Shown in pieces: positions 10,621 through 22,559 of a DNA stretch of 64,000 nt (positions within the stretch are counted from its first letter, which is position 1; every line of letters begins with the position of its first letter). A model generated the notes under the pieces. The model did not search any database. It saw only the letters and a program-made list of their open reading frames with translations, and had not been told where the DNA came from. The stretch lies in NCBI RefSeq assembly GCF_036321535.1, contig NC_087438.1, forward strand, positions 1,738,001 through 1,802,000, in the 5' to 3' direction. A program made the translations under genes and the position numbers. The stretch is from Camelus dromedarius. Its lineage: Eukaryota.

Positions 10621-11599
10621 CACCCCGACTGCGTGTCTTCAGAGACCTTCAAGGCGTGAGGGCGAGAGAGGTGTGTGGTCCATAAGGCACGGTGCTTCCT
10701 CTGAGCACAGGAAGGCAGGGCAAGTGACGAGGGGCAGTAGAAATCATGTCTTTCTGAAGATGCAAAGCCAGGAACAGCTTCCTCTGTTTTTCGACTTTGC
10801 TAAATATTTGGTGATTTTCAAAAGTTATACACAGAAGTGATGGCTTGGATGTTCACTGTCATGGAATGAGAAGGAAAGCATGTTTTTATATTTTTTATCT
10901 TTTGAAATCTTTCACTTTTCCAGATTTTCACATTCATCTGAGAAAAAAATTCAGGGTCATCTTTTATATATAGATTCTGACTCATGGTAGGGAATCAGTT
11001 ATACCTGAGATGACACACATATACTTTAATTTATGTTTAATGTTGAAACATTTTTAAATATATCTCCCCTCATATACTGAAAGTCTTTTTCCTTCACCAT
11101 TGCATATTTATCCACTTGATTTATTTTAAAAGATGTGTAAGATTTTAAACCTGTAATATCAACATTACTACTAACGGTAAATCACTGAGTACAGTTTTTT
11201 ATTTTTTTGCAAATCTTTCAACATCTAGAAAATACCACATTTGGGGTGCACAGAGTGATGTTCAAAACTACCTGAGAATAGCATTTTGTCTGTTGGCAAT
11301 TTTACACAAAGATAGATTTATTTTTTTCTACCTATTCTAATTTTAGGACTTCTCCCCTTTTTTGTCTGAGTTAAGTGCTTGTAATTCAATAACTCCCACG
11401 GTTTAAAAGTCCCAGAACGTGTACTCAGAAGTCTTGGCCCCTTTTGTTATCAACCCCCTCCCGGTCCATCTCTCCTGCCTTCTATCTGTCCGTCTGTCTT
11501 TGTTAGTTTCTAGCGAGTCTCCCCGCATTTCTTTTCACAAGTGTGAGCAGACACATGTGCACGTCCGTGATGACAAGTCAATAAATGTCTCTCTTCCTT

Positions 11600-13210
11600 A
11601 GGAAACGTACAGCTTTCCATACCTTGCTGTTTCTTCTTAACAGTAACTCAGGGAGATCACTGCAAACTGCTTTCTAAAGACGTCCCCCCTTTCCGCCAAA
11701 GTACCTGAATAGCATTCCCTCTGGTGGCGAGTGTTGTACTGATCTAACCAGACCCGCAGTGAAGGGAGTTCGTGCCACGTAGAAGCTTTCACTTTGTTCG
11801 CAGGGCCACGCGGGCAGCGCCTCACAGGATGCTTCTCAGTGGTGAAGGTGCAGCCTCGGTGTGGGGCCTGCAACGTGGGGTGCTGGTCATAGGGTGACTG
11901 CATGTGCAGTTTTACCCAGAACTGCTATATTTCTGTTCTATTTTGTATTCCAAACGTCAGTGTAAGAGACTGCATGGTTCTTCACAGCCTAACCAGTACA
12001 GACGGCTTAAAGAAACTTGGGATCTTCTAATCTGAAATGTGAAAAGTTGTATCTCATTGTGGTAATTTAATAGCTTTTTTGAGGAATTGTTTAAGTAGAA
12101 TTAAACGCACTGATTTTAAGTGTGCAGGTGGATGACCGGGGAACCCCACAGTCCAGTTTCACAGCATTTCACTCGTGTCCCTGACCCGGACGCTACGGGT
12201 GCTCTCTGCCACTACGCACGCACGTCTTCCAGAGTCCATGTAAGTGGGCTCGGATACTGTGCTGCCTTCTGTGTTGGACTTTCTCAGCGAACCGGGTGTT
12301 TTCTGACGTTTACACAGGGAGCCCTCGGCGGTACTGTGGGTGTGGCTCCAGACCCGCACAATAAAGGAGATTCACCACAGGAAAGAGGGCCACGTGAGTT
12401 TTTTGTTTCCCAGTGCTTACAAAGGTTATGTTTACACCGTACTCTGGTCTATTAAGTGTACAATGGCATTATGTCTTTTCAAATGCACACTTGCTCTAAA
12501 AATACTTTATTGCTGAAAAGAAAAGCTAAGCACCGCCTGAGGCTTCAGCGAGTCACAGCGGTAGCATCACAGGTCACTGAGCACCAACCGCCACAGCGCG
12601 CACAGTAAGGGAAAAGCCTGAAATATTGCGAGAACTGGTAAAATGTGACACGGAGACATGAAGTGGGCGAACGAGGTTGGAAAAATGGCACCAGCAGACT
12701 TGCTGGACGCAGGGTTGCTGCCAACTTCCGATTTATAAAAAAAAAAATTGTACTGTCTGCAAAGCCCAGTGAAATGAGGTCCGCCTGCTGTGGCATTGCC
12801 TGAACTAGTAATTCAGCCCTCTTTCTGTCAAGTGCGCCTCCCAGGTATGGGCATACCACGTCTTTTGCGGTCTCTGGTTGGTGGACATAGGTGATGTTCC
12901 CATTTTCAAGGCTGTTTTGACACAAGCTGCTTGCAGCACTGGTGTGCAAGCCCTTGTGTGGACGTGTTTTCATTTGTCTTGGGTAGATTCCCAGGAGTGG
13001 AATTGCTGGGTTGTAGACTAAGTGCTTATTTACCTATTAAAGAAACTGCCAAGCCATTTTCTAAAGGGACTGCACCATCTGGCATCTCCCAGCAATGTGT
13101 GAGAGTTCCGGTGGCTTCAAATTTGCGTTGATGCTGGACAAGGTCCCCCTCCTCTGTCTCAGCCACTCTGGGGGCAGAAGTGTGTCTAACTGTGTTTCTG
13201 CAGATTTTGT
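11600..13210 (-). mobile_element. Composite of old L1 3'-end fragments (an L1ME-like piece interrupted near 12065 by an L1MB/MC-like piece), itself interrupted by a Tigger1 derivative
   Basis: Antisense L1 motifs such as gtatctcattgtgg, gattttaagtgtgcag, cttgggtagattcccaggagtggaattgctgggt and aagaaactgccaagccattttc. Confidence 0.75.
12315..12787 (-). mobile_element. Tigger1 internal-deletion derivative (Tigger1a-like, ~470 bp, TcMar DNA transposon)
   Basis: Both Tigger1 ends are present (cagggagccctcgg... and ...aaatgaggtccgcctg, degenerate TIRs), with internal Tigger1 motifs gttatgtttacac, aaaaatactttattgct, gaaatattgcgagaa and gttggaaaaatggcacc; no transposase. Confidence 0.88.
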
Positions 13211-13759
13211 ATCGGTCTGCTTGGCATCTCTTTATCACAGTGCCAATTATATTGACTGTATTTTCTTATCTTCTGTATTTTTTGTGCTCTGGTGTTTGTG
13301 GTCCTTCCAGACCCAGAAAGAGACTGCCCCTCCCAGGGCCAGCACATTCCTAGAGGTAAAACAGCTCCTCCTGGAGCATGTCTCACGTGCAAATCAACCG
13401 CCCACCTCCTTATCTGACTCTCACACACAAAGCCAATGCTTCCTTTGCGCTAAATCATCCCAGGGTTGGGTTCCAGGAAAGTGGAGACCATCCCTCTTCC
13501 CCAAACACCGCCAGAATGATTCAGACTAACCAGCCCTGAGCTGTGGCCCCTGTGCAGCCTTGCTCTCCTGAGGAAACCTGGCTTGAGCCCCCTCCTCACC
13601 TCTGCGTCTGCCTCCGTCTAGAGCCTGTGGCCCTGTGCAGTGTGTCCCCTTCTCCCAGGAAGTGTGGGCAGTAAGTTCTTCTTCCCATGGCATTAACCTC
13701 TCCGGGAACTTAGTCACCTCCACGAGGTAAAATCCTACATGCACCTTTTAGAACAAAGT

Positions 13760-15400
13760 GGCGTTTCCTCATGGTTTACTGTGAATTTTTTTCAAAAAGC
13801 TAGTGATGCTGATGGTTTCCCACGTGCCTGGTGGCCACCCACGCGCCTTCTTGGAAGAGTCTGTGCAGTCCTCACGGCCACTTACAGCACTGTATTGCTT
13901 CTCCTCTAATGGCTGCATTCTAAGGGTTCCCTGTGTACGCTGGTCACAGCCCTTCTTCAGACACGTTGTGGAAATGGTCTCTCACCATTTGCGGCTTGCA
14001 TTTTAATTTTTTTTTTTCATTTTATTCATGGAGTTTTTTTCAACAAGCAACACTTTCAATTTTGATAAAATTCAATTTTCAAAAATCCTTCTTTTTGATT
14101 TGTGGGGGGTGGTGTGTATGCATGTGTCACTGTTAAAGAAACATTTGCCTAATCCGAGGTCATGAAGATTTTCTCTAGGTAATTCTTGCAATTTTTAAAA
14201 ACGATTTTAGCTCTTACATTTAGGCGTATTATGATTCATTTTGGAATCGTTTTGTGTATATGGTAAGAGCCAACGTTAATTTTCCCCACACAGCATATAG
14301 TTATTTCTATGCCACTTATTAAAGACTCTGCTTTACCCAGTGAATTATCTTGGCACTTTTGCCAAAAAAGCAATTGCCCGTTCTAGTGTAGCTGTGTCCC
14401 TGGCTCCTGACAATGTCGCACTGAGGTCTCTGTCCGTCCTGAGGTCAATCCCATACCATCTTTTCTTTAATCCCTTTACACTGTCTTAAATTATGTAATA
14501 TAAGTCTTTTACCTTTATTTTTTTCATAAAACTATTTTCAAAATTCTAAGTCCTTTGTATTTCCTTGTAAATTTTGAGTTAACTCATTTTCTACAAAAAG
14601 TCCTGTGGCTTGATTGGAATTTAACTGTAATATAGATCAATTTGTGGTGAACTGCTCTCTTAAAAAATTCAATCCATTAATATAACATACCTTTCCTTTT
14701 ATTTAGGCTTTTTAAAATTTTCCTCAGTCTCTATCCAATAAACCATTGACGTCTCTGAAAAAGAATTTTTCTCAGGAATGTTTTATAGTTTTTAGTGTGA
14801 AATCTTGAACAACATTCACTGACATTGTTTCTAAGCATTTTCCTTACTTATTTGCAGCATTGGGAATGCATCTTTGCAACATATTTTCAAATTATTTATA
14901 CAGAAGTACAAGTGATTTTTGTATATTGATCGTGTGTCCTGCAATCTTGCTAACTTTGGATTTTGATTTTATCAGCTTTCTGTAGACTTTAAAAATTCTC
15001 TCCACAAGTGATCATGTCTTTTGTGAATAAGGAGTTTTATTTCTCCCTTTCCAACTCATTTGGCGTCTACTGCATTGTCTGTCTTCATCGCACTAGCTGC
15101 AACCTCAGGCCACGCAGCCCTGCTGTGACCCAGGCTCACGAAGCACGCCCCGGCTATCCATTTTGAAGATGTCCTTATGCTAGGAAAGCTTCCCTCTTCT
15201 CCTAGGTTGCTAGGAGTTTTTAATCAAATGGAGGCTGCACTTTCTTGTAAATTATTTTTTCTGTATCTATCAAATAAATACAGTTTCAAAATTTAATTCT
15301 ATTAATATGGTGTGTAGCATTAACTGACTTCCAAATGTCAAACTAACCTTGTGTGAGTGAGATGAACTTCCCACGGTCATGGTTAAATGATCATTTTACA
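13760..15400 (-). mobile_element. L1 ORF2 remnant (RT domain to C-terminus), antisense
   Basis: Antisense ORF2 motifs throughout; 15340-15400 reverse-complements to the KRIIHHDQVGFIPGMQGWFN-homologous segment. Confidence 0.85.
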
Positions 15401-17280
15401 GGTCTGTGTCTCATGAACACAGAAACAAAAATCTTCAAGTATGTTAATGAATTCAGTCCAGCAACTTCCGAAAGAATGACACATCATGCACAAATGGGGT
15501 TTGCCTCAGGAATTTAAGATTGACTCCACTCGGGAAAACCAACCAATGTAATTCATCATATTAATGAGAGAAGGAGAAAAATGATATAATTATTTCAATA
15601 AATGCAGAAACTACTTTTGAGAAAACCTGCAACTCCCTTATGAAGGACACTCAGAGAACTGTGGGTAGAATGAAGTTCTTCAGATTGACAAGGATGTCAG
15701 CACACACCTAAACCTGACAGCACCGTTAATTATGGAAGATCTCACGCTGTCCAGGATGGGGAGCAAGAGGAAGACGCCCACTTCTACTCAACATCAGACT
15801 GCTGGTCTTAACTATCACAATAAGACAATTAGTAAGTAACAAGTAAACAAAAAGTAAGACTGAATTTGGAAAGGTTTCCTAGACAACATGACTGTCTATG
15901 AAAAACAATTCTATTAGAATTAATATGTGAATTTAACAAGGTCACAAAACACAGAGTCCACGTTAAAACCAATCAACTGTATTTTCATAGAGTGGTGACA
16001 AATAACAGGAAAAAATTAATTTTAAAAATCCCATTTATAACATTGCTGAAATGTTAAACAGATAGAAATAAGTCAAATGTAAAACACAAAGACTCTACAT
16101 GAAAAACTACAAAGTAATACTGAGAGCGATTAAACAAAATATAAATAAAATGAGAGATATAACCAAGCCATGGACTGAAAAACTCCATATGGTTAAGATA
16201 TTCATTTTCCCCAAACTGATATCTAAATTAAATACAATGCCAATCAAAATCTCAATAGGAATTTTTGTAAAAACTGATACATTGATTCTAATGCTTATTT
16301 GGAATTTCAAAGGACAACAGTCAAACAGTTTTGAAGGAGAACCAGCCTGCTGTTGCTTGATTTCAAGCCTTATTATGAAGTTACAGAGATGAGCACAGCT
16401 TGCCATTGGTGGAAAGACAGACACACAGAGCAACAGAACACACAGCCCAGCAACAGGTCTACCCGTATATGGTTACTTAGTTTTGACAAAAATGTCCTGG
16501 GGTTACAACTCAACATCCATGTGAGAAAAAGAATTGCTACCTCACATCACATATAAAATTATTCTGAAATGGGTCCTGGACCTAAATGCAAAGGCTAAAA
16601 CACCTAGAAAAAACATAGGAGTGTATTTTTACAACTTGGAAGTCTGCAAATATTCCTTAGATAAGACACACACAAGAATATCCGTAAAAGAAAAAAAAAA
16701 GGATACATCGGACTTCAAAAAATTCTCTTTAAGTGACAAAGGCAATCAAGTAAAAAGGCCCCCGTATCATCTGTCAAAGATGACACGTTACATACAGTGT
16801 ATTTTTCAACAAAAGATGTGTTTATATAAATGCATCTCCCATTTCAGTAAGACAAGGAGTCTAATAAAAATTGGGCACAAGTCTTGAAAAGCCACTGGTC
16901 AAGAAAGATTTAATTTCAAAAAAGGGTCAACACCAGCAGGCATAAGAGAAACGCAAAGTTAAATCACAGGGAAGAGCTACCCCCACTGGATTCAGGCTAA
17001 AATCCAGGAGACTGGTACATCAAGTGTCGGCAGCATGGCAGCACGCACGGCTGGCGGGAAGGTCAGACTGGGTCAGCTCTTCAGAAAAGCGTTTGGGCCA
17101 TCTCCTATGACACTAAGCCTACTCTTACCGCTTGTCCAAGAAATCCTACTTTTAGGTCCATCCAAGAGAAAAGAAGACGTGTGTTCTGCAAACCCTGTGC
17201 CCCCCACCCCACCATGTTTACTATAGCAGAATTTATTACAGCCCCAAACTCGAAACAGCCCAAGCCCTCATCAGCAGGTG
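15401..17280 (+). mobile_element. L1 ORF2 remnant (RT domain to 3' end), sense
   Basis: Begins at the ISLMN.DAKIL-homologous segment; ORF 16099-16392 (KNYKVILRAIKQNINK...MVKIFIFPKLISKLNTMPIKI...LIWN) is L1 ORF2-like. Confidence 0.88.
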
Positions 17281-17329
17281 AGTCCGCTTGTGGTCCCCTG
17301 GGCACAGTTGACCTTGACTCGTCACCGTC

Positions 17330-17440
17330 AACCCCAGGAGACGCTGCGACACTTACCTTTCGGGCGTCCAGGCTCCCCATCCTCTGAACAGACACGGTAA
17401 CTACCCATGCCTGAGAGTGTAAGAGAACCTGAATCACGCT
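17330..17440 (+). mobile_element. MIR core fragment
   Basis: cacttacctttcgggcgtccaggctccccatcctctgaacagacacggtaactacc resembles the MIR core. Confidence 0.5.
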
Positions 17441-17506
17441 TGACTTGTCTTCCTTCTTCTGCTAATTAGCTAGGTAGCCAAATGTTCCACCCCACACTCT
17501 TGGAGA

Positions 17507-17887
17507 GCTACCATGGGATGGACCAAGTACCCGCCATATCTGTGCGCTGAAGCCCTAACCCCCGTCGCAGAATGTGAGGGTGTGTGGAGGGTCAGTATTT
17601 AAAGAGGCAATTCAGTGAAATCAGGTCCTTGGAGTGGGACGCTGATGCCACGGGACTGGGTCCTCGTGAGAAGAAGAGGTTAGGACAGGGACACACACAG
17701 AGAAAAGACCACGTGAGGACACAGGGAGGAGACGGCCAGCCAAGAGCAGAGGAGAGGCCTCAGAAGGGAGCAGCCCCGTGGACACCCTGACCTTGGATGC
17801 CGCCTCCAGAAGTGTGTGGCAATGAATCCCCGTTGCGCAGGGCGCCAGCCCCGGGCCTCTGTCACGGCGGCTGGAGCAGGTAACACA
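17507..17887 (+). mobile_element. MaLR solo LTR, MLT1A-like
   Basis: gctgaagccctaacccc...gaatgtga...gaccacgtgaggacacaggg...gagaggcctcagaa...gacaccctgaccttgga...ctccagaa...taacaca, about 380 bp. Confidence 0.85.
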
Positions 17888-18510
17888 AGCACCCGCGAGG
17901 AAGCCGCCCCGGGCCCGCCGCTGCGAGCGCCGAGTGCCGTTAGGAGCCAGGGGAACAAGAGGTCCGGTCGCTTGGGGGTTATTCTCAGCTAGGGGGGAGG
18001 AGGGACATTCACCAGCTCACAGCACGCGTGCCCCTAGGAGCCTGCTGCCCCAGACCCTGTCTTCCGCTCGGTTTACAACAGCTCCTACCGGCTGCACTTG
18101 CCCCCGGCATCAAGTGAGAGAGTGAGAGGAGAGCAGGGCTCACCGCGTACACTTCCCAGCTGATTTGTCCCCAGAGGCGGGCTCAAAATACAGGTCAGGG
18201 GTTCAATCGGCAGACTGTGGGCAGGCTCCCTGGGGGTGGGAGGTGGCTGCCAGCAGCCCACACACTCTACGGGCCACAGGGTGTGCCAGTGGCCAGTGCA
18301 GACACCGCAGGCCCCAGCCCCTTCCCACATCGAGCTTTGTGCACACTGGCTGGTAGGGGCCGTCAGCGAGGCTGAATGTTATCTCCTTTGGGAATTTGTT
18401 CCTGAGGTCACAGAAGAGGGAACTGAAGCTAGAATGAGCGTCGGCCCTAGAATGTTCTAGTCACTTATGGACCCTCTGCACGCTGACTGTGCAAAAGAAC
18501 TCAGCATCGT

Positions 18511-18650
18511 GGGGCAGAGGCGGGAGGGCATAGCTCAGTGGTAGAGCGTGTGCTTAGCATGCACGAGGTCCTGGATACAACCCCCAGCACCTCCATTAAA
18601 TAAATAAATGAATAAATAACCTAATTACCTCCCTCCCAAAACAAAACAAA
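18511..18650 (+). mobile_element. Camelid tRNA-derived SINE (vic-1 type)
   Basis: gggagggcatagctcagtggtagagcgtgtgcttagcatgcacgaggtcctgg...acctccattaaa...cctaattacctccc plus A-rich tail; degenerate TSD aaagaactcagcatc / aaagaagcatc. Confidence 0.95.
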
Positions 18651-19534
18651 GAAGCATCATTGGCAGAGAGAGATCATAACACACAGTTTCTTCTTGTACC
18701 TGTTAGAAGATGTGGAGAGATGCCAGCCTTCCCAGGTGGGGTCACCCAGAACGAAGGGCGCTGGGGCTTCAGAACAAGAGTTCCAAACTCACTGCCAGCC
18801 TCCGAATCACGGGCAGCGATGACCACGCGTGCCAGTGAGCGCGGGTCAGGATCCAGTCCTCCCTCATCAGGGCGCCCTGCAGGTCCCTGCTCTCACTCTC
18901 CTTCAGGTTTGCTGAAGCTTTCTCACCTGTCCCCACCCCCCTTGCTGCTGGATGGAGTAACATTTCAGTGGGCGCGGCTGTCAGGGGGCTGGTCTCCTCC
19001 ACCAGTCTGGATTCCCAAGCCCGTCCTCTAAGAGGAGAGCGAGCACCCGATCTCTGCCTGAAGGGTCCAGGCGGGTCTCTCCCAGCGGAAGTGGAAACAT
19101 CTGTGTATAGGGCGTCCCTGATCCAGGGAGCGCCAGGCTGGGGCTTGTCTTTGTGGTCAGGTCCCAGAGGTTCTCATGGCAGGGACGGGTGCAGGCCAGG
19201 AGACAACAGGGCAGAGGAGGACCGGGTACGGTGTCCCTGGCGGCCAGGCTGGACCCAAGCCCCGAGAGGCGTGTGATATTAGGAAGACAGGCATCTGAGA
19301 CACCTTTGGCAGGAGAATTCGCCGTATTCGTCCTGCTTGCTTAGGCAGTGAGACGTGCTGGGAAGACCAGGACGGCAGGGCAAGGGATCAGAGGGCTATT
19401 CTGTCGGAGGCCGCGAGAGGTCACACGGACAAGGTGACCTTTGAGGAGAAATCCCAGCGACGTGAGACAGAGCTTCCGGAAGGTGTGAGTGCACAGACTT
19501 CCGGTCTGCTAGGGGCAGAACTGGCCTTGTCTCG

Positions 19535-19924
19535 TGTTGCTTCCTGTGGCGGCTGTGACCTGACCATAGACGGGGTGGCTCAAAACTGCAGGATTTATTC
19601 TCTCTCAGTTCTGGGGCCTTAAGTCTGAAATCAGGCTGTCACAGGGCCGCGCTCCCTCCTGATGCCTCTTCCAGCGTCTGGGGCCCTTCCAGGTGTCTGT
19701 CCCCGGCCTGGCTACCTCTCTCCAAGCTCTGCTCCGGGTCCACGTGGCCTTCGGCTCTGGCTCCTTCCTTAGAAGGACTCTGTCCTTGGATTCAGGCCCT
19801 CTCTAATCTAGGCCGATGCTTACCGTAATCCCAGCTGCAAGACCCTGTTTGTAAAGAAGGTGACATTCGCAGGTGTCAGGTAGACTCACCCTTTTGGGGT
19901 GGGGAGGATTCCACCACCCGCACA
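19535..19924 (-). mobile_element. MaLR solo LTR, MLT1B/C-like
   Basis: gggtggctcaaaactgcaggatttattctctctcagttctgggg...aagtctgaaatcagg...gcaagaccctgtttgtaaagaaggtgacattcgcagg. Confidence 0.82.
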
Positions 19925-20249
19925 GTAGAACATGCAGACTTCAGGAGGAGCTCAGATTCAGTACCCCTAGAGGGGGGCACTCTCGTGCCTGCGCTCTGAC
20001 AGCAGGGCAGGTTGGTGCCCTCAGGCAGGTAGGCCCGGGTGGCATCTGGGGACAAGACAGCCACACTGAGCACAAGGCAACCCGATTCACTCCCTGACGG
20101 GGCAGGGGAGCCTCTGGGAACGCCGGGCTGGGGTCTCCCCTTTCCCACTGTTTCCCTTCCCGGCATCTCCTGTGGGCATCTCCTCCATCCCCGTTTCCAG
20201 GGTCCCCACATCGCCTCTCCACCCCCCTCGCCTTCCAGGAAGCTGAGCG

Positions 20250-20900
20250 CGGGTTTCCTGTCTTTCCTCTTCCCTCCCGGACCCCAGCCCGACCGCTGCC
20301 GGGGCTGCGGCCCTTGTGTCCAGAGCGCCTGCCGAGGGCACGTCTAAGCTCGGGGCAGGCCCTAGCTTGCGTCCCGGGTGGCCTCCGCCTGCGCCACCCC
20401 CGGCCTAGGCGCCCCCGCCCCCGGCCCAGGCCGCTGGAATGTGCCCTCGGGTCGCAGCTCAGATGCCGGTGAGAGGTGCTCCCAGCACGACTGGTTCGAC
20501 CTGTTTCCACAGCTGACTCCCCCCGCGGAGGACCGCCGGCTGGCCCGCTCTGCCCCCGCGGTGCAGCCCGCGCAGGCCCCGGCTCCGGGCAGTGCGGCGG
20601 GGGCGCAGCTCCACCGCCGCCCTCGGGGATGCTGGCCGCGTGGGGCAGCGAGCGCGACCACCTGCGCAGACCGAGCCGGGGACTTCTTCCTCCCTCCAGC
20701 TGGAGTCTCCTGGCCTCCACTGAAGTGGGGAGGAGGCGGGAAGGCGAGGGGGAGGTTTGCTGCAGGATAAAGGCCACGTGAGGTGGAACTCTGCGCCTTC
20801 CCTTCCCGCCGTCCTCGCCCCGCGGCTCCGCTCGGCCGCCCCACCCCGGGCCAGGCTGAGGCCGCGCTCCGTCGGGGGAAGGGCGGCTTGACCACTGCTT
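20250..20900. promoter_or_regulatory. Orphan CpG island about 20 kb upstream of IRX2
   Basis: About 650 bp of high GC/CpG with no gene evidence, flanked by AT-rich DNA. Confidence 0.75.
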
Positions 20901-22559
20901 TCATGAGCGGGCTTCTGCCAGCAGCCAAACTGTCAGTCTTAAGTTTCTTAACAAGGCTTTGTGCCGACAAAGATTGTTTTCTTTCTAAGAGGAATTTTTG
21001 TACCAGCTGTCGACGAGTATCTTTTCTGTGACCAAACAGATAAACATTTTAATTGAAATTTTGCATATGTAACACTTGCATGTATATTATATACGTGTAT
21101 GTTTTATATATACATTTTAGCAAAGAAAAATAAATATAAAATTCGTAGAAAATCTATAAAAATGCATGTTTAGGTTGCAAAATTATTTCATAATTCCCCA
21201 AATAAAAAATACCCAAGCAACAAGAATATCATAAATTAACAAGATGGCCCCCAAACAGCCTACGCAGAAATGGAGCATTAGCAATGATCACCCACAGAAA
21301 AGCTCCCGCCACCTGGTGAGCAAATGGGAGGATGTGTTCCTCAAGGTGGAGGGAGACAGAAATTATAGGCTCGGGGCACAAAGATAGATCGATTAAGTTT
21401 TTTTGGATTTGAAAATGTTTATCAAAATTCAGAATCTTTATCATCTCTGATATAAAATTCTGTTTGTGGACATTTAAATTGTAGAGATACCTCAAAATTT
21501 ATGTAAAAGTATATTTGTTACTGTGCATTGGTAACAGCCTAAAATTGGAAATGACTTAAACAGCTACTGGCAGAGAAGTCCAATGAGGAACAGGTCACTG
21601 ACAAGTGCAGTGTCTGGCATGTCTGTCTTAAAAATCAGCTGCTCACCCACGTGACGTGCACACTGAAGTATTTGATAAGATGCACACTGTGTGGTTAAAA
21701 GTGTTCGCTTAACTTCCAAGGAACAGAATAAGAAGACCTAGGGTGAATCTGAGCACTTCTTCATTTTCTTATGTTTTTACCACAAGCACGGAGTATTTTA
21801 TAATTTAAAAAAGAGAGAATTGGAAATAGGTCCTCAGTCAAATATATTATGATCAGTCTCATAGTGGAATATTAAGTAGAGCCTAAAAAAAGAATAAAGC
21901 AGAGCTAGATGCAGTGAAATGTGGAGATACCCACTCTAGTTTGTTGGATTTTGTGTGATTAAAGCAGGTGTGATCCACAAACATATGTACTAGTAAAACC
22001 GTGGAAAGCTAAATGATTATGGCTTCTTTGACTTTAGTAAGTGGTTGTGAACATTTAGGTATTATTTGAATGATTTCAGTGGTGGATTGCTTTTGGCTGA
22101 TGGGGCCAGACCTTCTGTTTGTCTCTCCCTAGTAATTCTCTGCTTCAGGCAGAGCAGTGGTGTCCGCAGGAGGCAATTTTAAACTTTCATGGCGACGGGA
22201 AACTGTACAGCTGAGTGCCCCACAGCACACTAGTCACCCCCACCCTAGAAATACTGTCATATGGTAGTAGAACCTTGGTTCTAGCTGAGTACATGGTGCC
22301 CGGGTGAAGACTACATTTCCCAGAATGCCTTGCAGCAGGGATGCTTTTGTGTCTGGGCACTGGCTCTGGGATGAAAGGGAGGGGCTGCGGCCCCAGGAGG
22401 TGGAGGGCACGGCCGCCGTCTTGTCTGCCTTCCCCTGGGGGAGCGCTGGAGTGCAGGGGACGCAGTGCCCAAGGGTGAAAGGGCGTGACCCCCACCTGGA
22501 CGGGACCAGACAGCCACACTGAGAACAAGTGGAACCATTTCAATGGATTTTTACTGATA

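Noticed and set aside
16099..16392. Active reverse-transcriptase gene
   Set aside because: Short open remnant of a frameshifted, stop-riddled L1 ORF2; the same applies to 10079-10276 and 23564-23776.
18521..18595. tRNA gene
   Set aside because: A and B boxes are present, but the sequence has the SINE tail, TSD-like flanks and five dispersed diverged relatives; it is a tRNA-derived SINE.
19941..20970. 278-aa and 202-aa minus-strand ORFs
   Set aside because: CpG-island artefacts with R/G/A/P-biased composition and no protein family signal.
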